A DNA stretch of 49,753 nt, taken from Octopus bimaculoides. Taxonomy: Eukaryota. The stretch lies in the NCBI RefSeq assembly GCF_001194135.2, contig NC_068994.1:34723515-34773267 (forward strand). The letters run 5' to 3'. The first letter of the stretch is position 1, and each line of letters starts with the position of its first letter. Below, one piece after another: positions 1 to 10,857 of the stretch. The notes beneath the pieces were generated by a model. The model was not told the origin of the DNA. It did no database searches and worked only from the letters and a program-made list of their open reading frames with translations. A program made the translations under genes and the position numbers.

Positions 1-57
1 CCAACCTATGCTAGCATGGAAAGCGGACGTTAAACGATGATAATGATGATGATGATG
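1..57 (+). mobile_element. Family D (RTE-like) 3' terminus with (GAT)n tail
   Basis: CCAACCTATGCTAGCATGGAAAGCGGACGTTAAACGATGAT...; the same terminus recurs at ~28215-28285, ~46775-46812 and, reversed, at ~28924-28970. Confidence 0.75.
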
Positions 58-271
58 TATGTATATTTATATATATATATATGCATATATATTTATATAC
101 ATATGTATATTTACATATATATATATGAAGGTATATTTGTATATATTTGCATATATATGTATGGATGTACATTTGTATGTATATGTAAGTATTTATAAAT
201 GTGTGTATGTATATATGTGTGTGTGTGTGTGTGTGTATGTATATATATATGTGTGTGTGTGTATGTGTATG

Positions 272-302
<31 letters not shown>

Positions 303-322
303 TTATATATATGTATAAATAA
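58..322. repeat. compound (TA)n/(TG)n microsatellite
   Basis: direct inspection. Confidence 0.95.
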
Positions 323-924
323 AAATTATGGTTATGTGTGTGTGCATATGTATCAAAAACAAGACTTGAGTTTACAAAATATTTTGATTATGAAACAAAA
401 TATTTTATGAAGAAATTCTTTGTTTTGCTCTCTATAAGTACTCTGTGACCTATTCAGCTATAAAGTCTAACCAAATGTAACCTATATATTAGAAGTCTTC
501 CTCACAGTTTCCCTTTAGATGCACAGGAATAAATAAACATGGAGTTCTAATTGCCCATTATCTGTCATACAAATTAAATTTAAATCATGCTATGTAACTA
601 TATATATACATGTGTGTGTGAGTGTGTGTGCTTGTGTGTGTATGTGCACATGTATGCTTGGAGAAAGAGAGAGAGAGAGAGAAAGAGAGTAAGCAAATAC
701 ACTGCTGAACTGAGTTGACATGCTGAATCAGTGAGATGTTTTTCATTCTTGATTAGAACCAGCTCAATTCAATTATGTCCCTAATTCTTATAAGACAGAC
801 ATCATCATCATTACTAAAGCTTATTTAATTATTTTTCCCAAGAGAAAAATATTTGCTGAATCAATATATATGTACTTAATGACGTTTAATATTGATTTCT
901 AACATAGGTACAAAGCCTCAAATT

Positions 925-1110
925 CTGAGAGAAAGGCATAGTTGATTTAATTGATTCTAGCACTTGGTTGGCACTTATTTTATTGATTTTTGGAAAGATG
1001 AAAAGCAATGTCGATCCCAAGATTTAAGCATAGAATGTGCAAAAAAGACATAACCAAATACTGCAAGGCATTAATTTGACATTCTACTGATTCTGCCAAT
1101 CAACTTGGCC
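925..1110 (-). mobile_element. SINE family B copy (degenerate)
   Basis: reverse-complement match to the plus-strand copies at 9790-10450 (GGCAGAAT head, AATAAGTRCCA middle). Confidence 0.65.
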
Positions 1111-1165
1111 ACAGTAGAATAATTCTTTTCAGCAAAAATCTGAAAAGAATTGTTGTACTATATCC

Positions 1166-1394
1166 TACACAGGCTTGACAGAAATTCATTTAAAAAGTTA
1201 TCATACCAAAACATGAGTTCTTTATCAAATGCTGTGACAAAGAAAATAGAATTTTGTTTCTGAAGCATATTTCATAAAAGAAAGATAAGTGTAAATCTAC
1301 AAATATTACATGGTTTGCATTGGACAAAAACTCTCTGTTTAGTAATGATTCAAAATTATGCAATTTATGTTTGATGAGAAATATCATATCATAA
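1166..1394 (+). pseudogene. Penelope-like element GIY-YIG endonuclease relic (frameshifted)
   Basis: manual translation across shifts: YTGLTE / NSFKKLSYQNMSSL / LKHIS*KKDKCKSTNITWFALDKNSLFSNDSKLCNLCLMRNII, resembling the PLE C-terminal YIG...W.ILDK...SKxCNLCL motifs. Confidence 0.7.
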
Positions 1395-1499
1395 ACCACT
1401 CACCCTGTCCAACCCTCTGAACCACTTCACTTCCATTTATTTCCTGTTACTTTGGAATAACAGAGGATGTTCTCTGACACATTTTCATCCCCATCTCTT

Positions 1500-1850
1500 T
1501 CTTTTCCAACAGGAGTAGCCATGTATCTTGTCTAAAGTAAGACATCTTTTTCTGTCCCTCTATCACAATTTAACCTCTCATCACCTGACACAAATCTACC
1601 TCCAACAGTACAGCTCCCTCTCCTCAGTTGAGGGATCTTTGTCTAGCAAGTTACTTGATGACCCCATTGATGTTGATGCCAATAAAAGTACACAGTCCAC
1701 TGTGTAAATTTGTTGGCATTAGGAAAGGCATCCAGCCATAAAAAGCATGCCAAAATAGACAGCAGAGTTTTGCAGTCCTCTAGCTCTCCAGCTCTTGGAA
1801 AACCATCCTCCCGATGTCAACATGGGAAATGGATGTCTAATGATGATGAT
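1500..1850 (+). mobile_element. Family D (RTE-like) 3' fragment
   Basis: TTGGCATTAGGAAAGGCATCCAGCCATAAAA motif and decayed CAACATGGGAAATGGATGTCTAATGATGATGAT terminus. Confidence 0.65.
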
Positions 1851-2254
1851 CACAATACCACTCAAAGCTAATAATGAACAAGAAAACAGAGCTAATTTTG
1901 AAAATCTCTTTTTTCTATCTCTTTTCAGAAAAAAAAAAAAACTAACAAAATATTAGTCATTACTTGTGAATGCCGCAATTTTATTTTTAGCTTCAATAAT
2001 TTTAGTGAAAGTCAACTAAAGGTTGTTGTGTCCAAATTTCTGGAACAGATTTCTTTTCAACCAACTGAAGGAAACAGTTGACCAAGGAAGAGCTGAATAA
2101 AATGGTGGTGTGGGAATATAAATCCTTGTTTACCTCACACATTAAGAACAAATATTAGATTTGACTTATGTCCATACATATTAGTTCATCCATTTCAAGC
2201 AAAATTATACAGCCAGATGCTCTTCCACTCATCAATCATTCATTGCTTTTCATG

Positions 2255-2705
2255 TATCTTTTATCTTTAACTTGTTTCAGTCATTAGACTTCAGCCATGC
2301 TGGGGCACCACCTTGAAGAATTATTTTAGCTGAATGTATCAACCACAGTACTTTTTTTTGTTAAAGCCTGATTCTTATTCTTTTGTCAAACTGCTAACTT
2401 ATGGGGACATAAACACATTAACACTGGTTGTCAAGTGGTGATGGGGGACAAATACACACACACACACATATGACCCGCTTCTTTCAGTTTTTGTCTACCA
2501 AATCCAGTCACGAGACTTTGGTTGGCTCGAGGCTATCATAGAAGACACTTGCCCAAGGTGCCATGCAGTGGGACTGAACCTAGAACGATGTGGTTAGGAA
2601 GCAAGTCTTCAGAACTATTGTAGGAAACACCCAACATGTTGTGCATGCAGTGGGACCAAACCAAAAGCCATGTGGCTGTGAAGCAAACTTCTTAACCACA
2701 CATCC
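2255..2705 (-). mobile_element. SINE family A copy plus a second partial head
   Basis: reverse complement of the 9368-9765 copy: tRNA-like head (GGTTCAGTCCCACTG B-box region), CTTGGGCAAGTGTCTTCT core, internal (CA)n, CCAGCATGGC...TGACTGAAACAAG tail. Confidence 0.8.
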
Positions 2706-2784
2706 ACACACACACACACACACACATGCACCCACACACATTTATGTCCATGAAAATAACAATAGCAGCACTCATCTGTTGAAT

Positions 2785-2960
2785 ACCTAACACTGAATAT
2801 TGATGTATATCTCAAAGCTGCATAAATTAGGTCTGCAGTCTTTTCAGGAACGTTATCTCCAATAATCTGGCAACGTATATAGAAAATTCTTTGCATCCAT
2901 TTTACACTCACTTTCACATGATAACTTAAGAAAAATAGCAGTGAAATCTCCCTCAAACCA
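2785..2960 (-). pseudogene. possible LINE reverse transcriptase relic
   Basis: frames give AIFLKLSCE...NFLYTLPDY and NVPEKTADLIYAAL, loosely like RT domain 3 and downstream; highly degraded. Confidence 0.3.
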
Positions 2961-3079
2961 CACTATTGGATCTAATTAAAAAAAGGGCATATTAGGTAAT
3001 GTTGTCTGGACTACAATGTAAGATCTCTGTTGTTTCATGGTGACATGCACCAGCATATGTATGTACAGGCTTGGGCAAG

Positions 3080-3260
3080 GGTTTTTTTTTTTTTGAGAAA
3101 AATTAGCAGTTCCTCATGGGTACAAGTCTCCCCTCTATACATCTCTGATGGTTATCTAAGGAAACAAAACCCATCAGTTTGGGCAGATTCAACTTGGCAC
3201 CAGTCATCACAGAATGCAAAGATCCAGAACAAGTATCACAAGACATCTCATAGGATCCTC
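3080..3260 (-). mobile_element. SINE family C-type 3' tail (same as 47090-47280)
   Basis: rc GAGGGGAGACTTGTACCCATGAGGAACTGCTAATTTTTC matches GGAAAGAGAGACTTGTATGCATGAGCAACTGCTAGTCTTCC at ~47148. Confidence 0.5.
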
Positions 3261-3294
3261 TAACAGTTCTGCTGATCCACAAAACTGAATTAGT

Positions 3295-3425
3295 ACTTTT
3301 TCATTGACACCCTAAATACTTGAAGGCAAAGTTGAAGTCAGTTGGATTTGAACACAGAGTGCAAAACAAGGAAACAAATGCCATGATGCATTCTTTCCAA
3401 TACTCTAATGACTCTACCAGTTCTC
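3295..3425 (-). mobile_element. SINE family B copy (degenerate)
   Basis: GAAGGCAAAGTTGA...GGATTTGAAC matches the rc of family B body. Confidence 0.6.
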
Positions 3426-3621
3426 GAATATTGTAATTTTGGATAAAATATACCAGAAGACAACACAGAATAGTCGGAGTACATTTTGATCATACTATGA
3501 TGGATCAATTATTATGTCATTGATAAGTAAATAGGTAACAGGCTGTGTGAGTAGACAGGACTGATAATGATCATCATCATTTAAAATGTGTTTTCCATGC
3601 TGGTATGGACTGAACAGTGGA

Positions 3622-3865
3622 GGGGTGTGGCTCAGTGGTTAGAGTGTTGGATTCATGATCGTAAGATTGTGGTTTCAATTCCTGGACTGGGCAATGCATT
3701 GTGTTCTTAAGCAAAACACTTCATTTTACATTGCTTCAGTTCACTCAGCTGGCAAAAATGAGTAATCCTGCAATAGACTGATATCCATTCAGGTGGGGAA
3801 TAGATACACCTTGGAAACTGAGAAACCAGCCCTATGGGTCTACATGACTCAGGAAGGAAGTTTAT
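3622..3865 (+). mobile_element. tRNA-derived SINE family C (CORE-like body)
   Basis: A box TGGCTCAGTGG, B box GGTTTCAATTCC, body TTAAGCAAAACACTT...CACTCAGCTGGCAAAAATGAGT. Confidence 0.8.
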
Positions 3866-3879
3866 ATTACTTTATTTTG

Positions 3880-4370
3880 GGTTGGACAGTTTGATGAGGA
3901 TGAGTGAACTGCAGAGCTGCATGAAACCTAAATGTCATCTATGACTGGATTCCCTTCTTAATGCCAGCCACTTTGTAGCATATAATGGGTGCGTTTTATA
4001 TGGCACCAGCACTTGTGAGGTCACCAAGTAATTTGTAAGATAGGGACAAAAAAAAAAAAGGGGGTGGTGGAAAAATGACCATATAAATAAATATTTCTCC
4101 ACACATTATATTGAACTATTCATGTCTTAAATACATGCAAAGAAAATTTATATTTCATCATCATCATCTAACATCCCATTTCCTTGTTGGCACAGATACA
4201 ACAGTTTGACAGGAAACTATGAGCTGCAGGGCTGTGTTGAGCTTCATCTTTGACATGTTTTCTACAACTGGATGCCCTTTCTAATTCCAACCATTTAACA
4301 GAGTGTACTGGGTACTTTCTCATGCAACTGACAATAGTGAGGTTGTCATATAACTTGTAAGACAGAAAAG
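3880..4370 (-). mobile_element. two family D (RTE-like) fragments
   Basis: CTGGATTCCCTTCTTAATGCCAGCCAC (~3945) and CTGGATGCCCTTTCTAATTCCAACCA (~4269), with (CAT)n tail at ~4157. Confidence 0.65.
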
Positions 4371-4374
4371 AAGG

Positions 4375-4415
<41 letters not shown>

Positions 4416-4704
4416 AATATTTCTGTAAGGCTGAAGGTAATACTTAAGGTTTTACAGTATGTAAGACATAGGAAATATTCTAATTAAATCTGTTATATTG
4501 TTTCTATTAACATTATAGAAATACAATAAAATAGCAGACAATCAGATAGATGACTGTAAGGAGATGTGTCAACATTAAAACACCCGAATAATTTACCTTT
4601 ATGCGACATATATAATATTTTAAAAGTATTATATGAAGACAGGTAGAAGGATATGAGACCATATCTTGCAGAATAAAGTTCCATATGGAATTGTAGTTAA
4701 CACT

Positions 4705-4810
4705 GGCGTCTTGTGTACCCTTATCAGGCAGGTAGTCATGATGGGTATACTGGGCTTCGTATATATTTTACCTCAGTGTCACTTTGATGGCATGCACTAC
4801 TCTCTCACTC

Positions 4811-4840
<30 letters not shown>
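4705..4840 (+). mobile_element. Family E terminal fragment followed by (AAT)n
   Basis: reverse-complement match to 43328-43410; ends GTCACTTTGATGGCATGCACTACTCTCTCACTC(AAT)n. Confidence 0.75.
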
Positions 4841-4842
<2 letters not shown>

Positions 4843-5259
4843 TTATAATATATATCTATATATATATGAAGAGAAGAACTTTAAATTGTTTTACTTCAGC
4901 CATTGTCAAAGTTTGAGAAATAAGATTTCTTGTACAGTTGTATTATATTTACCTTTGCAAAATGACATTATATTCCAATATCACTGAACTTCACACACAA
5001 TCACACAAACTTGCACTCAGGTATGCCAGCATTTCAATACACTTATAGCACATACATACACCAAGAAATGCACATAGCTCATGTTTTTTTTTCATATATT
5101 TCAGCTTTTTTATATATATATATATGTATGTATATTTTTATGTAATTTCTAAAAAGAGTAATCCAGAGAATTCTTCACAATAAAAAAATTGGAAATTGTA
5201 TTCTCTATATTAGGATACGCACATAAGCACACACACACAAGTAAATGGAAGTATTATGT

Positions 5260-5483
5260 GTACATATACACATACATACACACAAATAGACATTTATGTA
5301 AACATTTTATGTATATGTAAATATGTATGTATATATAAATGTGTGTGTATATATGTGTGTGCATATATATATGTATATATATATATGTGCATTTATATAT
5401 GCACATATATATACATATGTGCATATATATGTATATGCATATATGTATATATAAGTATATATGCATGCATATGTATATGCATG

Positions 5484-5515
<32 letters not shown>

Positions 5516-5580
5516 CATATGCATATATATGTATATATCTATGCACATATATGCATATACACGTATATAAAGCATAAACC

Positions 5581-5620
<40 letters not shown>

Positions 5621-5907
5621 CACACACACATATATAATGCATATATGTATATATATATATATAATGCATATATGTATATATATACGTATAATGCATATAT
5701 GTATATATATACGTATGTATATATGTATATATATACGTATGTATATATATATACGTATGTATATATATATATATATATACATAATGCATAAATATGCATT
5801 TTTATATATATATATATAATGTATAAATATTCATATATATAGATATAATGTATATATGCATATATATATGTGTGTGTGTGTANNNNNNNNNNNNNNNNNN
5901 NATATAA

Positions 5908-5954
<47 letters not shown>

Positions 5955-6010
5955 TTCATATGCATATATGCAGATATCTATATATATATATATGTATAAA
6001 TATATAGAGT
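5260..6010. repeat. compound (TA)n/(TATG)/(CATA) microsatellite field with small N-gap
   Basis: direct inspection; includes ~26-bp higher-order units ATATAATGCATATATGTATATATATAC. Confidence 0.95.
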
Positions 6011-6719
6011 GTGAGAGAGAGAAGGAAAGACAGATAGAGAGAGGGGTTATATACTGCGAAAGATTTGAATGATTGTATATTATACAATCACACCAAAACA
6101 CACACACAAGATCAAATCATGCATGAATATATACTTGCATATGTATGTGCATGTACATGTACGTATATGTTGTTGAAGAAACCTTCATTATTCTCACACT
6201 GTGATACTAGTTTTTCACATCCAGCAATATTATCTATTTTTCTTCTCAATATTAATTCTTTTTAATATTCTACATATGTCTAAAATTGAACTCTATGGAA
6301 CAATAACACACATAAGCATGCACTCACAGAAACAGAGAAACAGACAGACAGACACACACACACACACACACAGACACACACACACACAAACACACACACA
6401 CATACAAAACATACAAGCATGTACACACACGCAAACACATGAGTATACACACAGAAGTATGTGCATATAGAAATATACTTATGTTACAAATATGCACACT
6501 GCTAAATAAGTGTGTAAATATATGTGCTAATATAATCTTGCAATATTTCGAAGATACTGAGATGGCAGAAATGTATGTAATATATACTTTTTTTTTAAAC
6601 TTACTATAGTTGGATTTACTGTCAAATCATCTTAACTTAGTTATCGAGTAGAGATAAAAATAGGCTGTAAAATACAGTAAAAGCATTTATCTCATTCCTA
6701 AATTAGGAAGAAAGATTGA

Positions 6720-7030
6720 TAAGTGCTTTGTAGTAGGACACGGTTAACTGGTCAAGCAATTTGATATGTATTTTTGAATGCAACCAATTCGTCTTTTCTT
6801 TCCCATAATCATTTCTAAGAAATTTTTTTACATTAATATCAGAGCAGATAATTCATAATTTTGTTTCAAAGATTTATTCTCATTACAAATGTAGCACCAA
6901 GATAGGATACTTTACTTCACTATGTTGCACATAAATAAGATAACCTATCCTGCTAGCACTAAGTGACTGATGAATTATTTTGGTCAGGATATGAAAGTAC
7001 AGTTAAAATAACAGGAAGAACTTCCTATAT
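6720..7030 (+). pseudogene. possible Penelope-like relic: GIY-motif fragment plus hammerhead-like core
   Basis: translation SSNLICIFECNQ at ~6752-6787; CTGATGA (6968-6974) ... GAAA (6993-6996). Confidence 0.4.
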
Positions 7031-7534
7031 CTCATTGGCAGAATCTTTCAATCGAAAAGCTAGTTCTGTTTATTTTGGTTTACTGCACTCTGAATGCAAA
7101 TTCTGCTCTGGTCAACTTTAATTTTTGTTTTTGTAGTATCTGTTGTGGGTTTTTGTTTCTGAGTTCAAATTCCATCTCAAGTTTCAGATCCTAGTGATAG
7201 CCATGTCCAGGATAATGGATTGACAGTATTGTTAGGATGTTAGATGAGATGTCTAGCTTGTATGTGCTTTAGATCTAGATGTACTAAGTTCAAATTCTAC
7301 CCCTGTACAGATGTTCTGTGCTAACCATTTTACCATGAGAGCACTCTTGTCTAAGCAGCAATTGGGCAGCATGGTTGGTTAGATCTACAAGTACAGAGAA
7401 GTTGGCTGTGGCCAGCTGAGATTTGACCCAACTATGGAATAATAATAACTAATTGTAATGAAATGGAAATTTAAGGAGATTGAATGATAGATACACTATT
7501 AGAGTAATTGATAATACAGTTGCATGACAGATAT

Positions 7535-7747
7535 ATGATTCAAGTCCCAACTGCAAATATGTGATAGTTTCATGGCTCAAGTCCCAACAGTAAACCTGTT
7601 ACTGACAAGTAAATAGGTTATGGCTCAACTCCAAGGATTAAACCTTTCACCAACAAGTGAATAATCATGGCTCAAGTCTCAATAGTAAACTTTTCACTGA
7701 CAAGTGATAGGTTGACGGCTCAAGTCCTATCAGTAAACCTGTTACTC
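7535..7747 (+). repeat. ~48-bp minisatellite, 5 units, each beginning ATGGCTCAAGTCC-like
   Basis: unit starts at 7535, 7572, 7620, 7667, 7715. Confidence 0.85.
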
Positions 7748-8004
7748 TTTCCAGTTTCAAATTCCTGCTTACAATATCTAATATAATTTATACAACAATC
7801 AGCTTTAGAAGAAGGAAATGACACACCTGTTCCTTTTGTTGTTTTAATATCTTTTAGACATGTAAGTTGTAAACATTCAGATATCAAACATTTCCAGAGT
7901 TAATTCTTGACCTATGATCAAAGATATTCAGCCACCATGCTCATCCTATTTTTAAAGTAAGACTACATTAAACATTTTTTTTTTACTAAAGATGGTAGTG
8001 TATA

Positions 8005-8542
8005 TTCTGAGAGGAATTTGATTGCTATTCATTGACAAGTTGATTACATCAACCCCAGTGCTGGAATGGTACTTATTTTATCAACCTCTGAAGGATGAAA
8101 GACAAAGTTGACCTCAATGGAATTTGAGCTCAAAACATAAAGAGCTGGAAGAAATGTTGTTAAGCATTTTGTCCAACATACTAACAATTCTGACAGCTTC
8201 CCAGATGAATAATAATAATAATAATAATAATAACAATAATAATAATAGTAATTTACTAAGCATTTCGCCCTGCAAGCTAACGATTCTGCCAGCTTACCGC
8301 TTTAATAATAATAATAATAGTAATAATAATCCTTTCTACTGGAAGCACAAGGCCTGAAATTTGGGTGAGGGGGATAGTCAATTACATCGATCCCAGTACT
8401 CAAATGGCACTTAATTTATTGACCTTGAAAGGATGAAAGGCAAAGGCGACCCTGGTGACATTTGAACTCAGAACAGAAAAAATATCACTAAGCATTTCAT
8501 CCAGCATGCTAATGATTCTGCCAGCTTGCTGCTTTAATAATG

Positions 8543-8591
<49 letters not shown>

Positions 8592-8805
8592 TAGTTTCAA
8601 ATTATGGCACAAGGCCAGCAATTTTAGTGGGAGGGGGTAAGTCGATGACATCAACTCCAGTGCTTAGCTTGTACTTATTTAATTGACCCCAAAAGGAATC
8701 AAAGGGTAAGATGACCTTGCAGCACAAGACCTCAGAATATAAATCTGGAAGGAATGTCATGAAGCATTCTGCCTGGCATGCTAATGATTCTGCTAGCTTG
8801 CCACC
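8005..8805 (-). mobile_element. tandem array of three-plus family B SINEs joined by (AAT)n
   Basis: three copies of GACC...GGAATTTGAACTCA...AAGCATTT...GCTAATGATTCTGCCAGC separated by (AAT)n runs at ~8208, ~8305, ~8537. Confidence 0.85.
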
Positions 8806-8809
8806 TTAG

Positions 8810-9100
8810 CCCATTACCTCCCATAATTCTATTAAGTGGAATTTTTTTTATGAAACTTTGATTTCTAGCATAAAACAGCCTTAGAAATACGCTGGAATGA
8901 TCAAAATAACATTTCAAAATAACATTTTAAATAGAAATGAGCAAGATATTGGGTGAAAAATTAGCAAACCTCATTTGAATATCAGAGAAATATACCTAGT
9001 AGATATAGCAAAAAAGTTAGATATGTGTAAATATTGACAGATAATTATGAAATTTGTAATTTTTAAGTGATCTCATATGAGATCACTGGTAGGTAATGGG
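8810..9100. mobile_element. piggyBac-like MITE (~291 bp)
   Basis: TIRs CCCATTACCTCCC (8810-8822) / GGTAGGTAATGGG (9088-9100), 1 mismatch; flanked by TTAG and TTAA; CCC terminus plus TTAA target is the piggyBac signature. Confidence 0.7.
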
Positions 9101-9114
9101 TTAATAATGATAAT

Positions 9115-9240
9115 AACTGCTTCTAATTTAGGCACAAGTCCGCTAATTTCATGGGGAGGGGAACTCGCTAACCCCAGTACTTGACTGGTACTTTATTTCA
9201 TTGACTTGGAAGTCAAAGTTGATCCCATAATCTAGAACAT
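9115..9240 (-). mobile_element. family B SINE 3' half
   Basis: AATTTAGGCACAAG...ACCCCAGTACTTGACTGGTACTTTATTT. Confidence 0.6.
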
Positions 9241-9367
9241 CCGCAAAAAGAACATGAATATAGCCCAACAAAATTTAATGAAAATGATTGAGTGATAACT
9301 TTATTGGACATGAAAATCTAGAGAAAAAAGGATTTGGAAAATAAAGACTTAAAGAAAGATACTCAAA

Positions 9368-9765
9368 GATGCACATACATGGTTGTGTGGTAAGTAGTTT
9401 ACTTGACAACTACATGGTCCTGGGTTCAGTCCCATTGAGTAGCATCTTGGGTAAGTGTCTTCTACTATAGCCTCTGACTGACCAAAGCCTTGTGAGTGGA
9501 TCTGGTAGAGGGAAACTGAAAGAAGCCCATCATATATATATGTGTATGTGTGTATGTTTGTGTTTGTATCCTCCACCGCCACTTGACAACCGGTATTGGT
9601 TTGTTTATCTCCCCGTAACGTAGTGATTAGGCAGAAAGATACTGATAGAATAAGTATCAGTTTTAAGAAATAAAGTAAGTAATGAGGTTGATTCATTTGA
9701 CTAAAAAAGCTTTTCAAGGTGGTGCCGCAGCATGGTTGCAGCCTAATGACTGGAACAGATAAAAC
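9368..9765 (+). mobile_element. full-length tRNA-derived SINE family A with internal microsatellite
   Basis: head TGGTTGTGTGGTAAG, B-box GGGTTCAGTCCC, core CTTGGGTAAGTGTCTTCTACTATAGCC, (TA/TG)n linker, tail GGTGCCGCAGCATGG...TGACTGGAACA. Confidence 0.85.
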
Positions 9766-9789
9766 ATTCTGAACATTATTATTATTATT

Positions 9790-9981
9790 TTAGCACACTG
9801 GGTGAAATGCTTAGCAATATTTCACTAGTCTTTACATTCTGAGTTCAAATCCCGCCGAGATCAATTTTGCTTTTCATCCTTTCAGGATTGATTAAAATAA
9901 GTACCAGTTGAGTGCTGAGATCAATGTAATCGATTAACCCCTTCCCCCAAATTTCAGGCCTTGTGTCTATAATAGAAAAGC

Positions 9982-10013
<32 letters not shown>

Positions 10014-10450
10014 TTAGCATGCTACGTGAAATGCTTAGCAGTATTTCTTCTGTCTTTACATTCCGAGTTCAAATTCTACCGAGGTCGACTTTGCCTTTCA
10101 TTCTTTTGGGGTCAATAAATTAAGTACTAGAAAAATACTGGGGTTGATGCAATCGACTTAGCCCCTTTCCCAAAATTTCAGGCCTTGTGCCTATAGTAGA
10201 AAGGATTATTATTAATATTATTATTATTAAAGTGGCAAGTAAGGTGGAGAGACAGCAGAATTGTTAGTGTGCCAGACAAAATGCTTAGCAGTATTTTGTC
10301 CATCACTAAATTCAGGGTTCAAATTCCACAGAGGTTGACTTTGCCATTCATCCTTTTGGAACCAATGAAATAAGTACCATTTGAGCACTAGAGTTGATGT
10401 CGTTGACTCCCCCAAAATTTCAGGCCTTGTGCCTTTAGTTTAAAGGATTA
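9790..10450 (+). mobile_element. tandem array of three family B SINEs joined by (TTA)n
   Basis: each has GAAATGCTTAGC, GAGTTCAAATTCC (B box), AATAAGTACCA, CCCAAATTTCAGGCCTTGTG..AG(TTA)n. Confidence 0.9.
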
Positions 10451-10469
10451 TTATTATTATCAAAATTAT

Positions 10470-10785
10470 TACATGCTATTCTATTTAGTGGGCATGTCAT
10501 CATGAGGTTTGTTAACAACAAGATTCCTTGAATTTCAAGAATCTTTCTTAAGACTCTGGCAGAATAAAGAATTGCCCTTTGCTGCAAGTTAACAATATGA
10601 CCCCCAATTCCAATATCCTTCAACTTCTGAGGTAAAGTTTGGGTGTTGTGTAAAATACACCATTTACCATAGGTATATTTGACATCTTGGTTTTCCACAA
10701 TCTCTTCATCTATTTGGCTCGGTTCTAGTATTTCTCAATTTCTTTTATATCCATTCTATTATCATATGGTATTGTAAAGCCTACG
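10470..10785 (-). pseudogene. R4/Dong-clade non-LTR retrotransposon 3' end (restriction-like endonuclease relic)
   Basis: FTIPYDNRMDIKEIEKY*NRAK*MKRLWKTKMSNIPMVNGVFYTTPK then shift to TLPQKLKDIGI..IVNLQQRAILYSARVLRKILEI; terminates in (TAA)n. Confidence 0.75.
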
Positions 10786-10857
10786 GGTTTTTTTTTTTTT
10801 GTCTTTTTGACTTTAATCATATATGGTCTTCTTGCTTCAATATTATGAATATAAAAT

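Noticed and set aside
1121-1151. 12-bp inverted repeat AATTCTTTTCAG/CTGAAAAGAATT
   Set aside because: Short and AT-rich, at a junction between two repeat relics; no supporting context.
1991-2160. Protein-looking stretch FNNFSESQLKVVVSKFLEQISFQPTEG / KQLTKEELNKMVVWEYK
   Set aside because: No good donor, needs a frameshift, and no family recognised.
3622-3700. tRNA-like sequences with A and B boxes (also at 9370, 42310-42390, 48320-48397)
   Set aside because: No complete cloverleaf or acceptor stem; each continues into a SINE body, so they are SINE heads rather than tRNA genes.
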